Assembly: GCA_964016885.1 (NCBI GenBank) | Contig: OZ024745.1 | Coordinates: forward strand, 3,224,001-3,288,000 | Direction of reading: 5' to 3' | Origin: Eledone cirrhosa | Lineage: Eukaryota | DNA length: 64,000 bases | Shown here: positions 23,601-38,600 of the stretch, one piece after another | How positions within the stretch are numbered: position 1 is the stretch's first letter | How the letters are laid out: each line of letters opens with the position of its first letter | Notes under the pieces: model-generated | The model's input: only the letters and a program-made list of their open reading frames with translations | Database searches by the model: none | Told to the model about the DNA's origin: nothing | Made by a program: the position numbers and the translations under genes

Positions 23601-26600
23601 AGTCCACCTTCTCCCACCTGTCCTTTACTCCACCATCTCCCACCTGTCCTTTAGTCCACCTTCTCCCACCTGTCCTTTACTCCACCATCTCCCACCTGTC
23701 CTTTAGTCCACCATCTCCCACCTGTCCTTTAGTCTACCATCTCCCACCTGTCCTTTAGTCCACCTTCTCCCACCTGTCCTTTAGTCCACCTTCTCCCACC
23801 TGTCCTTTAGTCCACCTTCTCCCACCTGTCCTTTAGTCCACCTTCTCCCACCTGTCCTTTAGTCCACCTTCTCCCACCTGTCCTTTAGTCCATCTTCTCC
23901 CACCTGTCCTTTTCTCCACCTTCTCCCACCTGTCCTTTAGTCCACCATCTCCCACCTGTCCTTTAGTCTACCATCTCCCACCTGTCCTTTAGTCCACCTT
24001 CTCCCACCTGTCCTTTAGTCTACCATCTCCCACCTGTCCTTTAGTCCACCTTCTCCCACCTGTCATTTAGTCCATCTTCTGCCACCTGTCCTTTAGTCCA
24101 CCATCACCCAACTGTCCTTTAGTTCACCTTCTCCCACCTGTCCTTTAGTCCACCTTCTCCCACCTGTCCTTTAGTCCACCTTCTCCCACCTGTCCTTTAG
24201 TCCATCTTCTGCCACCTGTCCTTTAGTCCACCTTCTCCCACCTGTCCTTTACTCCACCTTCTCCCACCTGTCCTTTAGTCCACCTTCTCCCACATGTCCT
24301 TTAGTCCACCATCTCCCACCTGTCCTTTACTCCACCTTCTCCCACCTGTCCTTTAGTCCATCTTCTGCCACCTGTCCTTTAGTCCACCATCACCCAACTG
24401 TCCTTTAGTTCACCTTCTCCCACCTGTCCTTTAGTCCACCTTCTCCCACCTGTCCTTTAGTCCACCTTCTCCCACCTGTCCTTTAGTCCATCTTCTGCCA
24501 CCTGTCCTTTAGTCCACCTTCTCCCACCTGTCCTTTACTCCACCTTCTCCCACCTGTCCTTTAGTCCACCTTCTCCCACATGTCCTTTAGTCCACCATCT
24601 CCCACCTGTCCTTTACTCCACCTTCTCCCACCTGTCCTTTAGTCCATCTTCTGCCACCTGTCCTTTAGTCCACCTTCTCCCACCTGTCCTTTAGTCCATC
24701 TTCTGCCACCTGTCCTTTAGTCCACCTTCTGCCACCTGTCCTTTAGTCCACCTTCTCCCACCTGTCCTTTACTCCACCTTCTCCCACCTGTCCTTTAGTC
24801 CACCTTCTCCCACATGTCCTTTAGTCCACCATCTCCCACCTGTCCTTTACTCCACCTTCTCCCACCTGTCCTTTAGTCCACCTTCTCCCACATGTCCTTT
24901 AGTCCACCTTCTCCCATCTGTCCTTTACTCCACCATCTCCCACCTGTCCTTTAGAACACCATCTCCCACCTGTCCTTTAGTCCATCTTCTGCCACCTGTC
25001 CTTTAGTCCACCATCTCCCACCTGTCCTTTAGTCCACCTTCTCCCACCTGTCCTTTACTCCACCTTCTCCCACCTGTCCTTTAGTCCACCATCTCCCACC
25101 TGTCCTTTAGTCCACCATCTCCCACCTGTCCTTTACTCCACCTTCTCCCACCTGTCCTTTAGTCCACCTTCTCCCACATGTCCTTTAGTCCACCTTCTCC
25201 CATCTGTCCTTTACTCCACCATCTCCCACCTGTCCTTTAGAACACCATCTCCCACCTGTCCTTTAGTCCGCCTTCTCCCACCTGTCCTTTAGTCTACCAT
25301 CTCCCACCTGTCCTTTAGTACATCTTCTCCCACCTGTCCTTTAGTCCACCTTCTCCCACCTGTCCTTTAGTCCACCATCTCCCACCTGTCCTTTAGTCCA
25401 CCATCTCCCACCTGTCCTTTAGTCCACCATCTCGCACCTGTCCTTTAGTCCACCATCTCGCACCTGTCCTTTAGTCCACCTTCTACCACCTGTCCTTTAG
25501 TCCACCTTCTCCCACCTGTCCTTTAGTCCACCATCTCCCACCTGTCCTTTAGTCCACCATCTCGCACCTGTCCTTTAGTCCACCATCTCCCACCTGTCCT
25601 TTAGTCCACCATCTCCCACCTGTCCTTTAGTCCACCATCTCGCACCTGTCCTTTAGTCCACCATCTCCCACCTGTCCTTTAGTCCACCTTCTCCCACCTG
25701 TCCTTTAGTCCACCATCTCCCACCTGTCCTTTAGTCCACCTTCTCCCACCTGTCATTTAGTCCACCTTCTCCCACCTGTCCTTTAGTCCACCTTCTCCCA
25801 CCTGTCCTTTAGTCCACCTTCTCCCACCTGTCCTTTACTCCACCTTCTCCCACCTGTCCTTTAGTCTACCATCTCCCACCTGTCCTTTAGTCCACCTTCT
25901 CCCACCTGTCCTTTAGTCCACCTTCTCCCACCTGTCCTTTAGTCCACCATCTCCCACCTGTCCTTTAGTCCACCTTCTCCCACCTGTCCTTTAGTCCACC
26001 ATCTCCCACCTGTCCTTTAGTCCACCTTCTCCCACCTGTCCTTTAGTCCACCATCTCCCACCTGTCCTTTAGTCCACCTTCTCCCACCTGTCCTTTAGTC
26101 CACCATCTCCCACCTGTCCTTTAGTCCACCTTCTCCCACCTGTCCTTTAGTCCACCATCTCCCACCTGTCCTTTTGTCCACCATCTCGCACCTGTCCTTT
26201 AGTCCACCATCTCGCACCTGTCCTTTAGTCCACCTTCTCCCACCTGTCCTTTAGTCCACCATCTCCCACCTGTCCTTTAGTCCACCATCTCCCACCTGTC
26301 CTTTAGTCCACCATCTCCCACCTGTCCTTTAGTCCACCATCTCCCACCTGTCCTTTAGTCTACCATCTCCCACCTGTCCTTTAGTCCACCTTCTCCCACC
26401 TGTCCTTTAGTCCACCTTCTCCCACCTGTCCTTTAGTCCACCATCTCCCACCTGTCCTTTAGTCCACCTTCTCCCACCTGTCCTTTAGTCCACCATCTCC
26501 CACCTGTCCTTTAGTCCACCATCTCCCACCTGTCCTTTAGTCCACCTTCTCCCACCTGTCCTTTAGTCCACCATCTCCCACCTGTCCTTTAGTCCACCTT

Positions 26601-29600
26601 CTCCCACCTGTCATTTAGTCCACCTTCTCCCACCTGTCCTTTAGTCCACCTTCTCCCACCTGTCCTTTGGTCCACCTTCTCCCACCTGTCCTTTAGTACA
26701 CCATCTCCCACCTGTCCTTTAGTCCACCATCTCCCACCTGCCCTTAGTCCACCATCTCGCACCTGTCCTTTAGTCCACCATCTCGCACCTGTCCTTTAGT
26801 CCACCTTCTCCCACCTGTCCTTTAGTCCACCATCTCCCACCTGTCCTTTAGTCCACCTTCTCCCACCTGTCATTTAGTCCACCTTCTCCCACCCGTCCTT
26901 TAGTCCACCATCTCCCACCTGTCCTTTAGTCCACCATCTCCCACCTGTCCTTTAGTCCACCTTCTCCCACCTGTCCTTTAGTCCACCATCTCCCACCTGT
27001 CCTTTAGTCCACCTTCTCCCACCTGTCCTTTAGTCCACCTTCTCCCACCTGTCCTTTAGTCCACAATCTCCCACCTGTCCTTTAGTCCACCTTCTCCCAC
27101 CTGTCCTTTAGTCTACCATCTCCCACCTGTCCTTTAGTCCACCTTCTCCCACCTGTCCTTTAGTCCACCTTCTCCCACCTGTCCTTTAGTCCACCATCTC
27201 CCACCTGTCCTTTAGTCCACCATCTCCCACCTGTCCTTTACTCCACCATCTCGCACCTGTCCTTTAGTCCACCATCTCCCACCTGTCCTTTAGTCCACCT
27301 TCTCCCACCTGTCCTGTAGTCCACCTTCTCCCACCTGTCCTTTAGTCCACCATCTCCCACCTGTCCTTTACTCCACCATCTCCCACCTGTCCTTTAGTCT
27401 ACCATCTCCCACCTGTCCTTTAGTCCACCTTCTCCCACCTGTCCTTTAGTCCACCATCTCCCACCTGTCCTTTAGTCCACCTTCTCCCACCTGTCCTTTA
27501 CTCCACCTTCTCCCACCTGTCCTTTAGTTCACCTTCTCCCACCTGTCCTTTAGTCCACCTTCTCCCACCTGTCCTTTACTCCACCATCTCCCACCTGTCC
27601 TTTAGTCCACCATCTCCCACCTGTCCTTTAGTCCACCTTCTCCCACCTGTCCTTTAGTCTACCATCTCCCACCTGTCCTTTAGTCCACCTTCTCACACCT
27701 GTCCTTTAGTCCACCTTCTCCCACCTGTCCTTTAGTCCACCATCTCCCACCTGTCCTTTAGTCCACCATCTCCCACCTGTCCCTTACTCCACCTTCTCCC
27801 ACCTGTCCTTTAGTCCACCTTCTCCCACCTGTCCTTTACTCCACCATCTCCCACCTGTCCTTTAGTCCACCATCTCCCACCTGTCCTTTAGTCCACCTTC
27901 TCCCACCTGTCCTTTAGTCTACCATCTCCCACCTGTCCTTTAGTCCACCTTCTCACACCTGTCCTTTAGTCCACCTTCTCCCACCTGTCCTTTAGTCCAC
28001 CATCTCCCACCTGTCCTTTAGTCCACCATCTCCCACCTGTCCCTTACTCCACCTTCTCCCACCTGTCCTTTAGTCCACCTTCTCCCACCTGTCCTTTAGT
28101 CCACCTTCTCCCACCTGTCCTTTAGTCCACCTTCTCCCACCTGTCCTTTAGTCCACCATCTCCCACCTGTCCTTTAGTCCACCATCTCCCACCTGTCCCT
28201 TACTCCACCTTCTCCCACCTGTCCTTTAGTCCACCTTCTCCCACCTGTCCTTTACTCCACCATCTCCCACCTGTCCTTTAGTCCACCATCTCCCACCTGT
28301 CCTTTAGTCCACCTTCTCCCACCTGTCCTTTAGTCTACCATCTCCCACCTGTCCTTTAGTCCACCTTCTCACACCTGTCCTTTAGTCCACCTTCTCCCAC
28401 CTGTCCTTTAGTCCACCATCTCCCACCTGTCCTTTAGTCCACCATCTCCCACCTGTCCCTTACTCCACCTTCTCCCACCTGTCCTTTAGTCCACCTTCTC
28501 CCACCTGTCCTTTAGTCCACCATCTCGCACCTGTCCTTTAGTCCACCATCTCGCACCTGTCCTTTAGTCCACCTTCTCCCACCTGTCCTTTAGTCCACCT
28601 TCTCCCACCTGTCCTTTAGTCCACCTTCTCCCACCTGTCCTTTAGTCCACCTTCTCCCACCTGTCCTTTAGTCCACCTTCTCCCACCTGTCCTTTAGTCT
28701 ACCATCTCCCACCTGTCCTTTAGTCCACCTTCTCCCACCTGTCCTTTAGTCCACCTTCCCCCACCTGTCCTTTAGTCCACCATCTCCCACCTGTCCTTTA
28801 GTCCACCTTCTCCCACCTATCATTTAGTCCACCTTCTCCCACCTGTCCTTTAGTCCACCTTCTCCCACCTGTCCTTTAGTCCACCTTCTCCCACCTGTCC
28901 TTTAGTCCGCCATCTCCCACCTGTCCTTTAGTCCACCATCTCCCACCTGTCCTTTAGTCCACCATCTTGCACCTGTCCTTTAGTCCACCTTCTCCCACCT
29001 GTCCTTTAGTCCACCTTCTCCCACCTGTCCTTTAGTCCACCATCTCCCACCTGTCCTTTACTCCACCATCTCCCACCTGTCCTTTAGTCTACCATCTCCC
29101 ACCTGTCCTTTAGTCCACCTTCTCCCACCTGTCCTTTAGTCCACCTTCTCCCACCTGTCCTTTACTCCACCATCTCCCACCTGTCCTTTACTCCACCATC
29201 TCCCACCTGTCCTTTACTCCACCATCTCGCACCTGTCCTTTAGTCCACCATCTCCCAGCTGTCCTTTAGTCCACCTTCTCCTACCTGTCCTGTAGTCCAC
29301 CTTCTCCCACCTGTCCTTTAGTCCACCATCTCCCACCTGTCCTTTACTCCACCATCTCCCACCTGTCCTTTAGTCTACCATCTCCCACCTGTCCTTTAGT
29401 CCACCTTCTCCCACCTGTCCTTTAGTCCACCTTCTCCCACCTGTCCTTTAGTCCACCTTCTCCCACCTGTCCTTTACTCCACCATCTCCCACCTGTCCTT
29501 TAGTCCACCATCTCCCACCTGTCCTTTAGTCCACCTTCTCCCACCCGTCCTTTAGTCTACCATCTCCCACCTGTCCTTTAGTCCACCTTCTCCCACCTGT

Positions 29601-32600
29601 CCTTTAGTCCACCATCTCCCACCTGTCCTTTAGTCCACCATCTCCCACCTGTCCTTTAGTCCACCATCTCGCACCTGTCCTTTAGTCCACCATCTCGCAC
29701 CTGTCCTTTAGTCCACCTTCTCCCACCTGTCCTTTAGTCCACCTTCTCCCACCTGTCCTTTAGTCCACCTTCTCCCACCTGTCCTTTAGTCCACCTTCTC
29801 CCACCTGTCCTTTAGTCCACCATCTCCCACCTGTCCTTTAGTCCACCATCTCGCACCTGTCCTTTAGTCCACCATCTCGCACCTGTCCTTTAGTCCACCT
29901 TCTCCCACCTGTCCTTTAGTCCACCTTCTCCCACCTGTCCTTTAGTCCACCTTCTCCCACCTGTCCTTTAGTCCACCTTCTCCCACCTGTCCTTTAGTCC
30001 ACCTTCTCCCACCTGTCCTTTAGTCCACCTTCCCCCACCTGTCCTTTAGTCCACCATCTCCCACCTGTCCTTTAGTCCACCTTCTCCCACCTATCATTTA
30101 GTCCACCTTCTCCCACCTGTCCTTTAGTCCACCTTCTCCCACCTGTCCTTTAGTCCACCTTCTCCCACCTGTCCTTTAGTCCGCCATCTCCCACCTGTAC
30201 TTTAGTCCACCATCTCCCACCTGTCCTTTAGTCCACCATCTCGCACCTGTCCTTTAGTCCACCTTCTCCCACCTGTCCTTTAGTCCACCTTCTCCCACCT
30301 GTCCTTTAGTCCACCATCTCCCACCTGTCCTTTACTCCACCATCTCCCACCTGTCCTTTAGTCTACCATCTCCCACCTGTCCTTTAGTCCACCTTCTCCC
30401 ACCTGTCCTTTAGTCCACCATCTCCCACCTGTCCTTTAGTCCACCTTCTCCCACCTGTCCTTTACTCCACCTTCTCCCACCTGTCCTTTAGTCCACCTTC
30501 TCCCACCTGTCCTTTAGTCCACCTTCTCCCACCTGTCCTTTAGTCTACCATCTCCCACCTGTCCTTACTCCACCATCTCCCACCTGTCCTTTACTCCACC
30601 ATCTCCCACCTGTCCTTTAGTCCACCATCTCCCACCTGTCCTTTAGTCCACCTTCTCCCACCTGTCCTTTAGTCTACCATCTCCCACCTGTCCTTTAGTC
30701 CACCTTCTCCCACCTGTCCTTTAGTCCACCATCTCCCACCTGTCCTTTAGTCCACCTTCTCCCACCTGTCCTTTACTCCACCATCTCCCACCTGTTTTTT
30801 AGTCTACCATCTCCCACCTGTCCTTTAGTCCCCCTTCTCCCACCTGTCCTTTAGTCTACCATCTCCCACCTGTCCTTTAGTCCACCTTCTCCCACTTGTC
30901 CTTTACTCCACCATCTCCCACCTGTCCTTTAGTCCACCATATCCCACCTGTCCTTTAGTCCACCTTCTCCCACCTGTCCTTTAGTCTACCATCTCCCACC
31001 TGTCCTTTAGTCCACCTTCTCCCACCTGTCCTTTAGTCCACCTTCTCCCAACTGTCCTTTAGTCCACCATCTCCCACCTGTCCTTTAGTCCACCATCTCC
31101 CACCTGTCCTTTAGTCCACCATCTCGCACCTGTCCTTTAGTCCACCTTCTCCCACCTGTCCTTTAGTCCACCTTCTCCCACCTGTCCTTTAGTCCACCTT
31201 CTCTCACCTGTCCTTTAGTCCACATTCTCCCACCTGTCCTTTAGTCCACCTTCTCCCACCTGTCCTTTAGTCCACCTTCCCCCACCTGTCCTTTAGTCCA
31301 CCATCTCCCACCTGTCCTTTAGTCCACCTTCTCCCACCTGTCATTTAGTCAACCTTCTCCCACCTGTTCTTTAGTCCACCTTCTCCCACCTGTCCTTTAG
31401 TCCACCATCTCCCACCTGTCCTTTAGTCCACCTTCTCCCACCCGTCCTTTAGTCCACCTTCTCCCACCTGTCCTTTAGTCCACCTTCCCCCACCTGTCCT
31501 TTAGTCCACCATCTCCCACCTGTCCTTTAGTCCACCTTCTCCCACCTGTCATTTAGTCCACCTTCTCCCACCTGTTCTTTAGTCCACCTTCCCCCACCTG
31601 TCCTTTAGTCCACCATCTCCCACCTGTCCTTTAGTCCACCTTCTACCACCTGTCCTTTAGTCCACCTTCTCCCACCTGTCCTTTAGTCCACCATCTCCCA
31701 CCTGTCCTTTAGTCCACCATCTCCCACCTGTCCTTTAGTCCACCATCTCGTACCTGTCCTTTAGTCCACCTTCTCCCACCTGTCCTTTAGTCCACCTTCT
31801 CCCACCTGTCCTTTAGTCCACCTTCTCCCACCTGTCCTTTACTCCACCATCTCCCACCTGTCCTTTAGTCCACCATCTCCCACCTGTCCTTTAGTCCACC
31901 TTCTCCCACCCGTCCTTTAGTCTACCATCTCCCACCTGTCCTTTAGTCCACCTTCTCCCACCTGTCCTTTAGTCCACCATCTCCCACCTGTCCTTTAGTC
32001 CACCATCTCCCACCTGTCCTTTAGTCCACCATCTCGCACCTGTCCTTTAGTCCACCATCTCGCACCTGTCCTTTAGTCCACCTTCTCCCACCTGTCCTTT
32101 AGTCCACCTTCTCCCACCTGTCCTTTAGTCCACCTTCTCCCACCTGTCCTTTAGTCCACCTTCTCCCACCTGTCCTTTAGTCCACCTTCTCCCACCTGTC
32201 CTTTAGTCCACCTTCCCCCACCTGTCCTTTAGTCCACCATCTCCCACCTGTCCTTTAGTCCACCATCTCCCACCTGTCCTTTAGTCCACCATCTCCCACC
32301 TGTCCTTTAGTCCACCATCTCCCACCTGTCCTTTAGTCCACCATCTCCCACCTGTCCTTTAGTCCACCTTCCCCCACCTGTCCTTTAGTCCACCATCTCC
32401 CACCTGTCCTTTAGTCCACCATCTCCCACCTGTCCTTTAGTCCACCATCTCCCACCTGTCCTTTAGTCCACCATCTCCCACCTGTCCTTTAGTCCACCTT
32501 CCCCCACCTGTCCTTTAGTCCACCATCTCCCACCTGTCCTTTAGTCCACCATCTCCCACCTGTCCTTTAGTCCACCATCTCCCACCTGTCCTTTAGTCCA

Positions 32601-35600
32601 CCATCTCCCACCTGTCCTTTAGTCCACCTTCCCCCACCTGTCCTTTAGTCCACCATCTCCCACCTGTCCTTTAGTCCACCATCTCCCACCTGTCCTTTAG
32701 TCCACCATCTCCCACCTGTCCTTTAGTCCACCTTCTCCCACCTGTCCTTTAGTCCACCTTCTCCCACCTGTCCTTTAGTCCACCTTCTCCCACCTGTCCT
32801 TTAGTCCACCTTCTCCCACCTGTCCTTTAGTCCACCTTCTCCCACCTGTCCTTTAGTCCACCTTCTCCCACCTGTCCTTTAGTCCACCTTCTCCCACCTG
32901 TCCTTTAGTCCACCTTCTCCCACCTGTCCTTTAGTCCACCTTCTCCCACCTGTCCTTTAGTCCACCTTCCCCCACCTGTCCTTTAGTCCACCATCTCCCA
33001 CCTGTCCTTTAGTCCACCATCTCCCACCTGTCCTTTAGTCCACCATCTCCCACCTGTCCTTTAGTCCACCATCTCCCACCTGTCCTTTAGTCCACCATCT
33101 CCCACCTGTCCTTTAGTCCACCTTCCCCCACCTGTCCTTTAGTCCACCATCTCCCACCTGTCCTTTAGTCCACCATCTCCCACCTGTCCTTTAGTCCACC
33201 ATCTCCCACCTGTCCTTTAGTCCACCATCTCCCACCTGTCCTTTAGTCCACCTTCCCCCACCTGTCCTTTAGTCCACCATCTCCCACCTGTCCTTTAGTC
33301 CACCATCTCCCACCTGTCCTTTAGTCCACCATCTCCCACCTGTCCTTTAGTCCACCATCTCCCACCTGTCCTTTAGTCCACCTTCCCCCACCTGTCCTTT
33401 AGTCCACCATCTCCCACCTGTCCTTTAGTCCACCATCTCCCACCTGTCCTTTAGTCCACCATCTCCCACCTGTCCTTTAGTCCACCTTCTCCCACCTGTC
33501 CTTTAGTCCACCTTCTCCCACCTGTCCTTTAGTCCACCTTCTCCCACCTGTCCTTTAGTCCACCTTCTCCCACCTGTCATTTAGTCCACCTTCTCCTACC
33601 TGTCCTTTAGTCCACCTTCTCCCACCTGTCCTTTAGTCCACCTTCTCCCACCTGTCCTTTAGTCCACCATCTCCCACCTGTCCTTTAGTCCACCTTCTCC
33701 CACCTGTCCTTTAGTCCACCATCTCCCACCTGTCCTTTAGTCCACCATCTCCCACCTGTCCTTTAGTCCACCATCTCCCACCTGTCCTTTAGTCCACCTT
33801 CTCCCACCTGTCATTTAGTCCACCTTCTCCTACCTGTCCTTTAGTCCACCTTCTCCCACCTGTCCTTTAGTCCACCTTCTCCCACCTGTCCTTTAGTCCA
33901 CCATCTCCCACCTGTCCTTTAGTCCACCATCTCCCACCTGTCCTTTAGTCCACCATCTCCCACCTGTCCTTTACTCCACCTTCTCCCACCTGTCCTTTAG
34001 TCCACCATCTCCCACCTGTCCTTTAGTCCACCATCTCCCACCTGTCCTTTAGTCCACCTTCTCCCACCTGTCCTTTAGTCCACCATCTCCCACCTGTCCT
34101 TTAGTCCACCATCTCCCACCTGTCCTTTAGTCCACCATCTCCCACCTGTCCTTTAGTCCACCTTCTCCCACCTGTCCTTTAGTCCACCTTCTCCCACCTG
34201 TCCTTTAGTCCACCTTCTCCTACCTGTCCTTTAGTCCACCTTCTCCCACCTGTCCTTTAGTCCACCATCTCCCACCTGTCCTTTAGTCCACCATCTCCCA
34301 CCTGTCCTTTAGTCCACCTTCTCCCACCTGTCCTTTAGTCCACCTTCTCCCACCTGTCCTTTAGTCCACCATCTCCCACCTGTCCTTTAGTCCACCATCT
34401 CCCACCTGTCCTTTAGTCCACCATCTCCCACCTGTCCTTTAGTCCACCTTCTCCCACCTGTCCTTTAGTCCACCTTCTCCCACCTGTCCTTTAGTCCACC
34501 TTCTCCTACCTGTCCTTTAGTCCACCTTCTCCCACCTGTCCTTTAGTCCACCATCTCCCACCTGTCCTTTAGTCCACCATCTCCCACCTGTCCTTTAGTC
34601 CACCTTCTCCCACCTGTCCTTTAGTCCACCTTCTCCCACCTGTCCTTTAGTCCACCTTCTCCTACCTGTCCTTTAGTCCACCTTCTCCCACCTGTCCTTT
34701 AGTCCACCATCTCCCACCTGTCCTTTAGTCCACCATCTCCCACCTGTCCTTTAGTCCACCTTCTCCCACCTGTCCTTTAGTCCACCTTCTCCCACCTGTC
34801 CTTTAGTCCACCATCTCCCACCTGTCCTTTAGTCCACCTTCTCCCACCTGTCCTTTAGTCCACCATCTCCCACCTGTCATTTAGTCCACCTTCTCCCACC
34901 TGTCCTTTAGTCCACCTTCTCCCACCTGTCCTTTAGTCCACCATCTCCCACCTGTCATTTAGTCCACCTTCTCCGACCTGTCCTTTAGTCCACCATCTCC
35001 CACCTGTCCTTTAGTCCACCATCTCCCACCTGTCCTTTAGTCCACCTTCTCCCACCTGTCCTTTAGTCCACCTTCTCCCACCTGTCCTTTAGTCCACCTT
35101 CTCCCACCTGTCCTTTAGTCCACCTTCTCCCACCTGTCCTTTAGTCCACCTTCTCCCACCTGTCCTTTAGTCCACCATCTCCGACCTGTCCTTTAGTCCA
35201 CCATCTCCGACCTGTCCTTTAGTCCACCTTCTCCCACCTGTCCTTTAGTCCACCTTCTCCCTCCTGTCCTTTAGTCCACCATCTCGCACCTGTTCTTTAG
35301 TCAACCATCTCCCACCTGTCCTTTAGTCCACCTTCTCCCACCTGTAATTTAGTCCACCTTCTCCCACCTGTCCTTTAGTCCACCTTCTCCCACCTGTCCT
35401 TTAGTCCACCTTCTCCCACCTGTCCTTTAGTCCACCTACCCCCACCTGTCCTTTAGTCCACCATCACCCACCTGTCCTTTAGTCCACCTTCTCCCACCTG
35501 TCATTTAGTCCACCTTCTCCCATCTGTCCTTTAGTCCACCTTCTCCCACCTTTCCTTTAGTCCACCTTCTCCCACCTGTCCTTTAGTCCACCTTCTCCCA

Positions 35601-38600
35601 CCTGTAATTTAGTCCACCTTCTCCCACCTGTCCTTTAGTCCACCTTCTCCCACCTGTCCTTTAGTCCACCTTCTCCCACCTGTCCTTTAGTCCACCTACC
35701 CCCACCTGTCCTTTAGTCCACCATCACCCACCTGTCCTTTAGTCCACCTTCTCCCACCTGTCATTTAGTCCACCTTCTCCCACCTGTCCTTTAGTCCACC
35801 TTCTCGCACCTGTCCTTTAGTCCACCATCTCGCACCTGTCCTTTAGTCCACCTTCTCCCACCTGTCCTTTAGTCCACCATCTCCCACCTGTCCTTTAGTC
35901 CACCATCTCCCACCTGTCCTTTAGTCCACCATCTCGCACCTGTCCTTTAGTCCACCATCTCCCACCTGTCCTTTAGTCCACCTTCTCCCACCTGTCCTTT
36001 AGTCCACCATCTCCCACCTGTCCTTTAGTCCACCATCTCCCACCTGTCCTTTAGTCCACCTTCTCCCACCTGTCCTTTAGTCCACCATCTCCCACCTGTC
36101 CTTTAGTCCACCTTCTCCCATCTGTCCTTTAGTCCACCTTCTCCCACCTGTCCTTTAGTCCACCATCTCCCACCTGTCCTTTAGTCCACCATCTCCCACC
36201 TGTCATTTAGTCCACCTGCTCCCACCTGTCCTTTAGTACACCTTCTCCCACCTGTCCTTTACTCCACCTTCTCCCACCTGTCCTTTAGTCTACCATCTCC
36301 CACCTGTCCTTTAGTCCACCATCTCCCACCTGTCCTTTAGTCCACCTTCTCCCACCTGTCATTTAGTCCACCTTCTCCCACCTGTCCTTTAGTCCACCTT
36401 CTCCCACCTGTCCTTTAGTCCACCTTCTCCCACCTGTCCTTTAGTCCACCATCTCCCACCTGTCCTTTTGTCCACCATCTCCCACCTGTCCTTTAGTCCA
36501 CCATCTCGCACCTGTCCTTTAGTCCACCATCTCGCACCTGTCCTTTAGTCCACCTTCTCCCACCTGTCCTTTAGTCCACCTTCTCCCACCTGTCCTTTAG
36601 TCCACCATCTCCCACCTGTCCTTTCTCCACCTTCTCCCACCTGTCCTTTAGTCTACCATCTCCCACCTGTCCTTTAGTCCACCTTCTCCCACCTGTCCTT
36701 TAGTCCACCTTCTCCCACCTGTCCTTTAGTCCACCTTCTCCCACCTGTCCTTTAGTCTACCATCTCCCACCTGTCCTTTAGTCCACCTTCTCCCACCTGT
36801 CCTTTGGTCCACCTTCTCCCACCTGTCCTTTAGTCCACCTTCTCCCACCTGTCCTTTACTCCACCTTCTCCCACCTGTCCTTTAGTCTACCATCTCCCAC
36901 CTGTCCTTTAGTCCACCTTCTCCCACCTGTTCTTTAGTCCACCTTCTCCCACCTGTCCTTTAGTCTACCATCTCCCACCTGTCCTTTAGTCCAACTTCTC
37001 TCACCTGTCCTTTAGTCCACCTTCTCCCACCTGTCCTTTAGTCCACTTTCTCCCACCTGTCCTTTAGTCCACCTTCCCCCAACTGTCCTTTAGTCCACCT
37101 TCTCTCACCTGTCCTTTAGTCCACCTTCTCCCACCTCTCCTTTAGTCCACCTTCTCCCACCTGTCCTTTAGTCCACCTTCCCCCACCTGTCCTTTAGTCC
37201 ACCATCTCCCACCTGTCCTTTAGTCCACCTTCTCCCACCTGTCCTTTAGTCCACCTTCCCCCACCTGTCCTTTAGTCCACCATCTCCCACCTGTCCTTTA
37301 GTCCACCTTCTCCCACCTGTTCTTTAGTCCACCTTCTCCCACCTGTCATTTAGTCCACCTTCTCCCACCTGTCCTTTAGTCCACCTTCTCCCACCTGTCC
37401 TTTAGTCCACCATCTCCCACCTGTCCTTTACTCCACCATCTCCCACCTGTCCTTTAGTCCACCATCTCGCACCTGTCCTTTAGTCCACCTTCTCCCACCT
37501 GTCCTTTAGTCCACCTTCTCCCACCTGTCTTTTAGTCCACCTTCTCCCACCTGTCCTTTACTCAACCATCTCCCACCTGTCCTTTAGTCCACCATCTCCC
37601 ACCTGTCCTTTAGTCCACCTTCTCCCACCTGTCCTTTAGTCTACCATCTCCCACCTGTCCTTTAGTCCACCTTCTCCCACCTGTCCTTTAGTCCACCTTC
37701 TCCCACCTGTCCTTTAGTCCACCATCTCCCACCTGTCCTTTAGTCCACCATCTCCCACCTGTCCTTTAGTCCACCATCTCGCACCTGTCCTTTAGTCCAC
37801 CATCTCGCACCTGTCCTTTAGTCCACCTTCTCCCACCTGTCCTTTAGTCCACCATCTCCCACCTGTCCTTTAGTCCACCATCTCCCACCTGTCCTTTAGT
37901 CCACCATCTCGCACCTGTCCTTTAGTCCACCTTCTCCCACCTGTCCTTTAGTCCACCATCTCCCACCTCTCCTTTAGTCCACCATCTCCCACCTGTCCTT
38001 TAGTCCACCATCTCGCACCTGTCCTTTAGTCCACCATCTCGCACCTGTCCTTTAGTCCACCTTCTCCCACCTGTCCTTTAGTCCACCATCTCCCACCTGT
38101 CCTTTAGTCCACCATCTCCCACCTGTCCTTTAGTCCACCATCTCGCACCTGTCCTTTAGTCCACCATCTCCCACCTGTCCTTTAGACGACCTTCTCCCAC
38201 CTGTCCTTTAGTCCACCTTCTCCCATCTGTCCTTTACTCCACCTTCTCCCACCTTTCCTTTAGTCCACCTTCTCCCACCTGTCCTTTAGTCCACCTTCTC
38301 CCTCCTGTCCTTTAGTCCACCTTCTCCCACCTGTCCTTTAGTCCACAATCTCCCACCTGTCCTTTAGACCACCTTCTCCCACCTGTCCTTTAGTCTACCA
38401 TCTCCCACCTGTCCTTTAGTCCACCTTCTCCCATCTGTCCTTTAGTCCACCTTCTCCCACCTTTCCTTTAGTCCACCTTCTCCCACCTGTCCTTTAGTCC
38501 ACCTTCTCCCACCTGTCCTTTAGTCCACCTTCTCCCACCTGTCCTTTAGTCCACAATCTCCCACCTGTCCTTTAGTCCACCTTCTCCCACCTGTCCTTTA

